Source: Pseudomonadota bacterium (lineage in GTDB: Bacteria > Pseudomonadota > Alphaproteobacteria > Rhizobiales > CBDHHC01). Taken from it: a stretch of 64,000 bases of DNA. A program made the translations under genes and the position numbers. The stretch covers positions 7,097 through 71,096 of the forward strand of contig JBCCCO010000004.1 in NCBI GenBank assembly GCA_039033475.1, read 5' to 3'. Shown piece after piece: positions 37,501 through 49,500 of the stretch (within the stretch, counting starts at the first letter, position 1; each line of letters begins with the position of its first letter). Below the pieces are notes generated by a model. That model searched no databases. It was given only the letters and a program-made list of their open reading frames with translations, and was not told the DNA's origin.

Positions 37501-40500
37501 CCCTTAACGAAGAAAGACGTGCCTTGAGATTGGATGAAAACGCATCTCAAAAGAAATTGTATGCAACAGGTTATCAGGTAGACGGTACAGTGCCGGATGA
37601 CGGCTTGTTCTTTTTTGGAAGTAAAAAAACAACTATAGAACAAGCTGAAGAGCAAGGTATCGACTTTAAGGTTGCATCTGGTGAGTTCGTTAACAGATAT
37701 TTCATTGATAGCAAATTTAATGACGGCGATGGATTTACCTCTGAATTTGTGATGGTTGCGAATCCAGATGGGCATGAAGAACATGACAAAAGCGTATCCT
37801 TTGCGTCTCTTAAAATCAATGGGAAAGATAGCTTTATTATCCAGAATGATACAACAAATGAATTTGTTGTGGTAGATTTTGCAGGATCTGAAGGCCTGAT
37901 ATTTACAGATACAGATGGAGATGGAGGTAACGACGCAATATCAGTTCAGGATGGTTACCGTTTGGTTTTTGAAACCGGTGGTGCTCTGGTTGTGCAAAAA
38001 GATGACGGTAACGGCAATTTTGAAACCAAATGGTCATTTGAGCTTAATGATTTCGAAGCGCTTATGGACAACCGTAGCACCCATAATTCGAGTGGAGCGT
38101 TTGGCGTTCTTGCCTCCGAAGACACACTATCCCAATCAGAAAAGCTGCTTGGGTATATTGGAAGTACATCAAATATTGCAGAAGCTGCTGTTTTCTTCAA
38201 TACTGAAGTCAATGCTAACCTATTATATGTATTTGATTATGACGCACATTCCGGAAACTTCGTGGATTTATCAAGTGCTACTGACTATGTCACAATTTCG
38301 GATTCTGGAAATATGACTATGGAGTCCGGCTATTCGCTGGAGCTGACAAATGAAGGCGATGTTAATATTAAGGATGCATCCGATGCTGTAGTTTGGTCAT
38401 ATGATAATGAAAGCAAAACAATTTGGGGGGGAACTTCAGGGGGAACCGATGGGGCCCCAGTTGATAATCCTTATACTTTCTACGAGGCAGATGAAACCCC
38501 ACCAATAAGAGGCCTATTCTCTCCGTCAGATACAATGGATTTTCTATTTGGTGCTGAGCCCAAAGTGCATGAGCCGGTTGCAAATGCTTTGGCTTATGGC
38601 GAAACATTAGAGGCAGGCACAGTCTTAAAAGATGAAGATGTTGTCGTTGGCTCAATGTTATATACAGATGAGGAGGGCAACCAAAAATACATCCTCGGGA
38701 TGTATGATGAAAATGGACAATTCAACCTGCTTGATCCAACGTCCGACTTTTATGGCGGGAATTTGCTGTTTGATGAAACAACGGGCGCTCTGTCTATCGC
38801 CAATGAAGGGTATGTGCTTAGAATAGATGCAGATAATGATTTTATTTATGTGACGAGTGATGTGGTCAATCACGCTCTGAATGGTGATACGCTTGAAGAG
38901 TGGCAGGAAGATGCCCTCATTGAAAGCACTACAGCAGTGTGGGAAGCAATGCTGACCAGCGCCGGCGGGGTTCTACCAAAATGGACCCAAAAACAACTCA
39001 TGACGTTCGTCTATCATGCAACCATGCTAGGTCAAGATGCAACGACAGAGTATACTTGGGACCAGTTCTTTAAACATAATGAAGCTCTTTTTAATGACCC
39101 GAGCATTATAAATAATATAAGTGCCCCAGATTTTGTTAAGCTTGTTCAAGATGGGACTATTTTACTAGATGTATTCGGCATTTCCTCTACTGACACGCAA
39201 AAAATAGAACAGTTCCAAAATGTTATTAATATCTCCTCTCTTTTGTCTTATTCCTTGAATGAAAGCCACAAAAGAGCGTTTTCAGCGCAAAGTGGCACAG
39301 ACATTATAGATAGCGCGGGGAACAAGTTAGCCACCCAAGACATGGTGCTCCCATATAACAGAGATGGAACGCTAGGCATAAATGAGGCACAGGTCAATTT
39401 TGTCAATGCTTTGGGCTACGATATCGATTTTCTCAATCAACCGACGGATTATCTGGCCAATCGGGTGGAAATAGGTGATACATTTACCCGTACAGATGGC
39501 GTTGAAATTACTGTTGAAAACGAAGATCAGGCTAAGACTATCAATACTCGAAACTTTGAGTATTTTCTGACAGCACTGGAAAGTGGTGACATTCTAGATG
39601 GTAAGGTCAAGCAGGATAGCCTAAGAAAACACTCTTTTACTCAAACTCTTATGTCAACAGCACGAGAAGCAAACGATATAATGGTTGCTGAAAACAATCC
39701 TTACTGGAATCGCGTGGACCTTGACAGTGCAGATGTTGATACAGACGCAAGATTTAAAGTATCTTACACAGTAGTAGGTCAAGATGGTGCTGATGACAAA
39801 GTCATAAAAGACAAATATGTTACGCAAGAGCAAATGGACTTTTTGGAAGAAAGGCAAGGGAAGAAAGAAATTACAGGTCTCACAGATAGAGAAAATGCTC
39901 ATATTACAGATCGTGTTTTGTTGCAAACGATAAAAGCTATAGAGACCCTCGCAGATTATGATGCACTGCGCACACAACAGCTTGATCCAGAAACAGGCAA
40001 AATTAAGGGAGCTCCTGCCATTGTCATGTGGGCCCAAGCATTCTCTAATCATCATAAAACTCTGGTAGAGGGCACTGATGACGTTGGCAGTGCTTTAACT
40101 GAGAAGGACTTTGATTACACAAAATGGAATGCAAAAAAAGCGAAGTATGTCACCCATAATCATCACGGCACTCATTTTGAAAGACTGTTTGGAGGGCATA
40201 TTGATGCTGGATTTGCACAGAGTGATATTACAGGAAAGGCTTTCACCAACAGGGAAGCAATAGATTATTTCTTTAATGAAATGGGCATTGAAGACCCTGG
40301 TATGCTCTCTACTTCAGTAACCACTTCTTTTTCGGACATGCTGTTACTTGCTATTAATGAAGTGCCGCCGGTTACAGATATGGTTACGTCAAGTATGTAT
40401 TTTGGTGCAAATTATCCTTTACAACTAGATTGGGACACATTGAATACTAATGTGCCAAATGGACATTTTTGGTGGCATCAGGACAGTATGGGGGGCACTC

Positions 40501-43500
40501 TCTATAATAAGGATGGGGATTATCTTGAAGATTATGAAAAAGCGCAAGGTGTAAGAGATATAATTAAGGGTTGGATAGGAGATCGTGCCGCTTATGCAAA
40601 TCGTGACCTAGATCTTGTCGAATATTTGAGTCACAAATCAATTAGTCATCAAAGATACGTAGAAACTAAAGCTTTATGGACCGAAATAGAGATTGAAATA
40701 CTCATAGACTTTGGTGCAGCAATTATAGGTGCTGGAGTTGGTTGGGCTGTAGGGGCACTAATAGGGGCTGTTGCTGCAGCTCTGACCACTGAAGTCGCCG
40801 CTGAAGGAGCCAGTGATGTAGCCTCTCAAGGGGTCGTTCGAGGAACGGCTTATGGAGGGGGAGAAGTTGAAATGAGTAACTTAGCTGAGCGCACTGCCCT
40901 TGTAGGACAAGAACAACTTGAAGGAAGCTTCGAAGTTGAAGGAGGCTTCGATGAAGTACCCCTTGACGACATTGATGACGCTGCACAACCCCTTAACGGA
41001 GCATCACCAGCAGCACGAGAAGCAGCAACGAAATCAGCTGTTGGATATGCTTTAAATATATTAAGTCCAGCAACCGTTGCGGGTACTGAAGCTGTTGCCT
41101 ACGGAACAGACATAGCAACCAACATCAATGATATCTTTGCTCCTGATGCTGACCTTGATTACGTCACAGCATATGGCTACGAGCTTGGCAATGACAACTA
41201 CACAGGCACAGACTTTGAGATTTATAAAGCTGTTGACGGAGAACCTCTAGAAGAAATCAAATCTTACGATGGGGCGCAGTACAGTTCTGGCACCACAAGC
41301 CTGCGCGATAATGTATCGGCAGTCAATAAAGCAATTCCTGTACTGGATAAGTATGCTGAAGCGGTTGGAGATGATCCGGCTAATCCAGACTTCACAAGCG
41401 TGATAGATACATTGCTCAACGAAGCGAAAGACGCGGAGGGGAATGTTGACCCAGAGATGCTCCAGCTGATTATATCCTATATGCCCACTTATTATGAATT
41501 TGACGACGCTGGAAATACGATATCAAAAAACCCTAAAGTGGACATTGTTGCAACTCTCTACCAATATGATATTGCTAACACCGTTGGACAAGAAAAATTT
41601 GACGCGGTGATATCTTCCCCAGCCACTGCTGATAATGGCCCCGTTCTTCATGCTCTTAGCCTTCCTAGTACGCAGTATTCTTTCTTAGAGCAAACATATA
41701 ATGCGAATGGCGGGGCAGACATTGCAGATATTTTAAATGACCCAAGCGTGACTTCTGACGACATTGTAAATATTCTGACCTACTACATCGACAATAAAAG
41801 TGAATATACAGGATATTCTACGGGCGATCCGGTTGACTACCCTGAAGGCCAGCCAACCCCATGGATTATTGACTCATTGGTTGCACTTAATGAAGTTAAT
41901 GAAGATAAAGTCCATGATGTTTTTGCCATTCTTGCCAATGGAGATGATGCTGCCATTAGGGTTGGGGCTCTGGTCAGCAATGAAATACAATATTTGACAA
42001 CGCCGAGCGATCCTAATGCACCAGACAACTCAGAGTTAACGTTGTCTATGCTCCATGGCGCTTCGTTTTCTCCCAAAAATACCGATGCTAGTGGTAACTC
42101 TATGGGTATGGCGTCGATGTATTCTATTATCGCAGAACTTGATACCCTTATACCTCCTCCTGAGGTCCAGGAACGTCGACGGACGCAGGGAGGATTGGTA
42201 ACAGCAGCAGGTGTTGGCTTTGCGCTAGCTGCTTTGTCACAATTTATTCTAGGAGCCGGAGCCCTTAGCTATGCCCCATCTACGCCTGCAGGAATAAGAC
42301 CCAGAACAGCAGAAGGAGATGTTGCTGGTCTTCTAACAAGGAACCGTGCTGAACAAGGGGGAATCTCTCTAGATAACGGGGATAATTACGACGATGATGT
42401 AGAGGCTCTTGATGCAACACAGGAACAAAAAGATAGAGTGCGCGCAGAGATGGCAGATCCGGCTGCACGTTCGGAGTATAGTAGTGATCCTAATCTCGGC
42501 ATTGACTCATTCAAAATTAATGGCCTTAAGACAAATGCCGCAAAAATCATAGACTATGCAGATAATCACATTTACACAGGTTCTGACGTCCCTCCGCGTT
42601 GGACCAGCGCTCATAAGACATATCAAGATATCTTTTTAGGTATTGATGATACACCTCTTGATAATCCTGATCAGGACGTTTACACGCAGAAAGTTGGCCT
42701 AACTCTCAATGAGGTTGCCAATCAGGGACGTGCGGACATTGTTGCAAAAATCTTTATTGATGTCATACGTGATTTCTCTAACAACCGTGATAGTGTTGTG
42801 GAATGGATGGGGTATATGTCACCGGCGAATGTTGGTGATACACTGGCAATATATGACACCTTGGAAAAACCAGCAGGCTGGACAGACAATAACCAAAGCC
42901 TTGGTTTGATTAGTACATTCATGGATAAAAATCCTGATCAAGGTGCAATTTCCGCGTCGGCCTATTACCAGTTCGCTGATATTTCAGCACAAAACTTCCT
43001 CACGTTTTTAGAAAGTTTTACCGATACAACTGGTCAGGATAGCTCTGTAACATTATCTGCGAATGATAAAATTCGTAAAATTCTGACGTCTGGAACACCT
43101 GAAGATGCCGCTTACTTTATTAAGGCTTTTGGGATAGATGCGGCAGATAGTCGTGGATCCATAATCTTCCTGGCTATAGAGGATGCTGGTCAGCAATCCA
43201 TGATTTTGAATTCTATGTCTTATGAAGATGCAGCCACTCTTTCTGGATATCTCGATACTACAGAAGATGGAGTTGCGGATGACAAATTCCTTGAGACAAC
43301 CGCTGGACTAGACCCTTCTGTGTTCGCGGATATGACGCTTACAAAGATTGACCAGTCCGATACAACCTTTATGCAGAATCTAAACAAAGTTGACTCATTG
43401 GTTCTTGCGGAGGCAGTAAATACAGTTGATAATGACAGCAAATTCCGCATTCTTTCTGCAATGCTCAAAAATTCAGCGGGCGATGATGGTGTAAAAGACA

Positions 43501-46500
43501 GTGTACCAACGCTTGAAGCAATAAATAGCCTTAACCCTGTAGATAGTGCTGATTTATTTGCTCTCTGGGGGCAGATGAATGGGACGGAAGCTGCCGAACT
43601 TTTTATAGATAATGCCTATGTTTTGGCGTCAAAATACTTAGAAAACTCGGGCATAGATGTAACAGACCCTACGAACATCGCCCCAGAAGATCAAGCTGAA
43701 GCATATGATGCGGCCATTGACTATTCCGTCATGACCCTTGAGACTATGAAAGAAGGAGATGCACCAGAGTTCTTTGATCACATTCATGACTATAGCTCTA
43801 AAATGTCCCACACCTATATGGACGCAATGGTCAAAGATGACACCGGCTTTGCTCTGTATACATTCGGCGGTTTGGCTGATGCGAGCGCTCCTGATGCATT
43901 AAGCAATACGCAAAGCGCGTTTTTGCTGTCAGCCAATTCTGAAACGGCTGGCAAGCTTATCGAAAACATGTACACCGTGGATGATCAAGGAGCCATAGAC
44001 TATACCAAAGCAAACACCGCTTTAACACAACTTGCAACACAAGATGCATCCCTCACCGCCTCTATTGTTGATGACATGGACCCCGCCAAAGCTCTCAAGA
44101 TATGGCGCAATGGTGCGACTGATGGAACGTTTGCTGGGTCATTTTTTAAAACGGTATGGAGCAGTGGCAGCCTTAATGACCTTGGCAAGGTCAGCCTGTG
44201 GTACGCCATGAACAGCGATGAGCGTCAGGAAATTTATTCTGATGGTACAGCAAGCACTCCATTTGACACAAAATACTTTGCGAATACGGCCATAGCTGAT
44301 AAAACCTCAAACGTTGCGGCTATTGCCCCTGAAAATTTAGCGCCTTTCGGTGAAGAAGCTGACGGAAAAACAGCAAATGCTCAGGTGCTTACTGTGGGTA
44401 CCTTCCTAGAAGGCGCACTTAGTAAGCTCGAGACTATAACAGATCCAAATATTTTGACCATTCAGTCTAAATTTAGTTATCAAGATCTTCTTGATGCCTT
44501 CCCAGATTCTGATATCACACCGGATGATTACGTTGCCTATATAGAGGGAACATTCCTGCCAACAGTTGAAGCTGCAATGGAGAAGATGGGACGGCCCGCG
44601 AATGAAATTGATGCGGCGCTTGATGTTGTTCGAAAAGCCGCAACACTGGCAACATCAGAACCAAGTCTTTTAGATCACAATCTGAGTTTCACCATCGATC
44701 TAGATGATCCAATGGCATATGACGATGCTTCAAGCTCATGGGTTGATGATGGCATTACAGAAACCAAAGCCTTTCATTATGTGAATTATGTCTCATCTCC
44801 TGATGAAGCAACAACAGCGCCTGCAGCTGGGGCTGAGCCAACCTTTTACCAATCCACACCTGTACTCTCAAGTGAAGAGATTATACGCCATTCAAACACC
44901 ATTAAGTCTGGCGGCGGCCTTCCCCAGATTGTCGGCGCTTCAGGATTAGATGCCCCAATGGCGGTTTTAACAGATGCAGACCGCCTGGAACTTGCAGAGT
45001 TACCTGATAATCCAGAGACAAGAGCAACCGTAGTTGGTGGGGCTAACGAGTTGGAGCTTTTTGATCCAGCCAGTCATTTTCATGTAACTTTAGATGGTAC
45101 TATATCAAATACGACAACACAAAGCTTGACGGATGCTGCCACAGACCAAAGCGTAAAAGAGACGACGGTATTCACGTTAGGTGATAATTTTGTTTGGAGC
45201 TCTTTTGCTGATGATGCTGCGGCAACGCAATCTTTTGAGACCGACCTCAAAGCGCAGGTGATAGAGTATCTAACACCGCTCGGTTTCACCGAGAGCGAAA
45301 TTGAAAACTTTTTCTGGGCTCTCCTTAACGCAGCTCAAAACAGCCCAGATCAGAAAATTTCTATGGTTGTGCGTCAGGGCAAAGTATTGGCACAGGACTG
45401 GTATGACAGCGATGGAATGATTAAAAGCGACAAAGCCCATCTGGTTCAGTATCAAAATGGTACTGAGCAAACATCACTGATCTCCTTCATAGCTTTCTCT
45501 GATGACTTTGATGGTAGTAAGGTTGGTTGGGACGGTCAAAACGCTGATGATATCAATGTAAATGAAACGCAGCAAGTCAACACGGCCCTCTATAATGGAA
45601 CATTTTTTACCGGGGCCCAGTTGCAAGGTATTCGTGATGATTTTCCGGGCGACGCTTCAGATGGTTCAAATAGTTTTGTATTCACCGCTTCAGACATAGA
45701 CACATTGCCAGCTTACGTCACGAATAATAATACTGCGAACGTAGAGTGGATTGACTCTATAGCCGAAAATTCTTCCAGATCAGAAGCGATCCAAAACATC
45801 GCATCTTCACTTGGCTCTTATGCAAACATTTTTCTTCAAGCCTTGAAAACTAATACGCTTCAAGGGGCATATGGAGCCGCGCTTTCCTTCATGGATGGTG
45901 ACATTTCAGGTATAATGCAAACAACATTAGACTTAGCCGGCATAGGTGATGGAAGTGACGGAGACCTGCGAGAGCATGATATTTATGATGTTGCGTCTGA
46001 TGACACTGCGTGGACTTACTTCTTGCTAACAGCTTTTGCGAAAGACAAAGACCAACTTGATACAGCTTTTAAAAATAATGACACACTTACTGTGGCAGAT
46101 ATCGGAACAACATTTGAGGTTAGTGAACTGTTCAGCCATTCTACAATGGAGCAGCTACGCGATGGCTTACTTCAAGTTAAACAAGATAAAATTGCGGCAG
46201 GTGGCAGACGAGCACAAGTGGTAGAAGCCAGGGAATTACTTGATGGTTTCGTGAACGCTACAGCAAATATAACGGATCTTAATGCCACAGATAGCCCGAC
46301 AGGCGCGCCAACAACACTGCCTCCAACACAACTGCCAACAGCAGCACCATCAGCAAACATACCAAAAGGGGGAAGAGGTCCAAGCGTAGACATAGCTAAG
46401 ATCCTATCCAAAACCATTCCGACAACCGGTATGGAGTGGTTTGATCTGGCGCGTAAAGCTATAGGGGTTGGCTCAACACTTATGGCAGTTGGCCTGCCCT

Positions 46501-49500
46501 CTGCCCATCAAAACATTCCACAACCAGGTGACAATTCGTTTCTATTACGTCAGATCTTCGGCAATAAGTTTACTGCTAAGAGTACCGAATTTAATGGCCT
46601 TGTATGGGTTGATAGAGGCGTAATGACAAACCCAGACACAGGGGAGGAAGTTTATAGAATTGAATTGGGGTATCGAAATACAGATCTTGCATTTCTTGCA
46701 GGCGTGGGAAGAGAGTATTTACCAAAATCAATCGCAAATTTTTTTCGCTTAGATGAAAATCCATTCAACCAAAACCAAGATAATAAATCGCCGCCAGCAA
46801 AAACATTTGCAGGCAATGTATTTAATCCAATACTGTTTGATGTCACCCATATAACAGCTAGGATTGACATAGATCTTAAAACTGGCACGCCGGTTGTCGT
46901 GGGCGGGGGAGCGACCTTCGGCTCATACGTAGGTAACTCAGCTTTTCAAGCAGTTGCGGGCACAGAAAATAGACCTGCAGCTGGAGAAAAAACTCTCTTG
47001 ACGGGGACGCTTAATGGATTTTCGCAAAGCACTAAACCATTGTCAGCGGCAGGTTTGGCGGCGGTGACACTTTATGCTATTGGATCACGTGCTGTAAGGC
47101 CGTCCGTAACTGGTATAATGCAAGCTCGAGGATTGAGACCAGACAATACCAAAGATATTCAAGGTCAAAACGTCCCGGGCAGTTTCGTACACCATTCAGT
47201 TCGTGAAGTTCTTAGTTTTGGAGGAAGGCAGGCTGCGTGGATGCTCCCTATGTATTTGACGGGGGGTAAAATGGACATTGGTTCACTTGCATTCACTGGG
47301 GGAATTGTTCCAAGTGCTATAGGAGCTGCGAAATATGCCTCGACTGGTACCCTATCTCAGTCCCTAGGAGCATTGGGGCGAAATCTTGCTGGTGGAGTTC
47401 TCAATTTTCCTCCAGTAGCGACTGCGGCAACACCAGTCTATGATCTTGGTGCATGGGTTAGTGATGTGTTCAATGAGTTTACGGTACTAAATGTAGATTT
47501 TGGAATGGGAACCGGAGTTGCACCAGATCAACAAGGTGCGCAAGAAGAGCCACGGGAAGTTGAATTGATTAGAACTTATAGCCGTGACAGCTTTTTTAGC
47601 GATACAACGGATGGAACATATGTCCCACCTTGGCAGGCAGAGGATGAAGAGCCAGAGGATATGTTTGCAGCTTTAGGAGGTCAAGCACCGTTAAACCCGC
47701 TAGGCGCGGGCGCGCGGGTTCTTTCAGCCATACAAGCTGCAGATGAAAATGGGGATATTGGGGATATCCGCATGGAAGTTGAAGATCCAGAAACGGGAGA
47801 GAGTAGGTTTATCCAATTCATTAAACGGCATGGAAACATATTTGATAAATCGCAATGGTTTGCTTTTGCGAATATAGGTGAACCGAAAACAATATATGAA
47901 CCAGAAGGGTTTAACTTTTTTAATGATGTTAAGGGCGATAATGACGGTAGATTTTTAACAAGTCTATCGATGGAGGATTCAAATGAGTTTCTTCAATTCA
48001 AAGCCAGACTTGGTGATTTGGAACGCGAACTTATTAATCCCGATACCGGAGAAAAAGGCCTGCACTTAGACAACAACCGTTGGTATGGCTTGGTTGATGA
48101 TCCTATGACAGCGCTTAAAACCCTCGAGACTTATAAATTAGATATTGATGGTGATGGTAAAAAAGAGCTTGTTTTTGGAGACCTAGATGGTGATGGCCAG
48201 GATGGCCACATATCAAATCCACTTGCGGCAGTCGAGAGTTTAGAGAATAGCCAATATTTAGCGGATAATTATCCAGATATGGATAAGGATTTCGACGGTG
48301 ATGGCACAGTTGGGACAGCGACAAACCTCAAACCAGAAATGTTCCCTCCAACTGGTGCCGATTCTACCACAAAAATTGAGAGATTAGTTCCTTCTCTGGA
48401 GAGCGTATTTGATAACAGAAAAATCGAACCTGGCACCTTTAATTTGATTGAAAATGAAATACCCAATGCCTTGGAGCCAAGTGATAAAATCCGTGCCACA
48501 ACAAGCGCAAACAATACTTTGGAGATGGGGGCTGTCTTCTTTCAGAACTCTTGGAAGTTTATTGCAAAGGATGATACAGGTAAAATCTGGGATTTAACTT
48601 CGGACCTTTTATCAGAGCCAAATTTACATTTTGACACTGAGACAGGCATTCTAATGTCTGATCCTACAGCAGGTCCTCTAACGTCTCTTGCACTTGCGTA
48701 TAATAGCGCAAATGACAGTTTGGAATTAGAGGTTTTGGGCACCACCGTAAATTTGTTCACCTTTGATGATACTACTGCAATAGGCAAAGGGGCGTTATTT
48801 GACTTCACGTCCGATACAGCGCACACTCCTGACCCGCAAATTCTTATGGCTGGTGAAAAGCTGCGGCCAGGTGAATATTTACAGGCGAAAGATGGTGGTG
48901 CCTATTCGCTGCACTCCGCCCGTGTTGCTGGAGAATACCGCCTTTTGATCATTGAGAGTGATACGCAAAGAATCTGGGGTGATGTTACTGATAGTGCATA
49001 CTACTTTGACAAACGTACCGGAATACTCGCCGTTCCCAGTTACTCAAATCGTGAGTATACGCTTTCCCAAGATGGTGAGCTATTTCTGCATAAAACTGGT
49101 GAAGTTCCTGACGGCGGCTTTGCGAGATATGAAGAACCCTATGAAGGCACAGCTCAGACACAAAAGGCCATGGTGCAATGGCAGAACCTAAATCAAACCT
49201 ATGACGAGGATATCCCGTCTTTAGAAGCAAAACAGGTATTTGATCTGCTGTATGGCTTTGAACTTGACAGCTATGCAATTATTACAGAAGGCACATGGCA
49301 GACATTGTTTAGTTCTAATTTTGACGAAACCGGTCAATTCATTGGAAGTGAGACTGGTGAGCTGGATTTCAGCATGTTTGGTGATGACCGCAAAGCTCAG
49401 GTTAAAGATGCTGTAGAGGTCGGCGCCATTATGTTCCATTCTATGCAAAAGCATGTGGAAGGCACGGACGAAGCTGATAACGCCCTTTTCCTACCCGATG

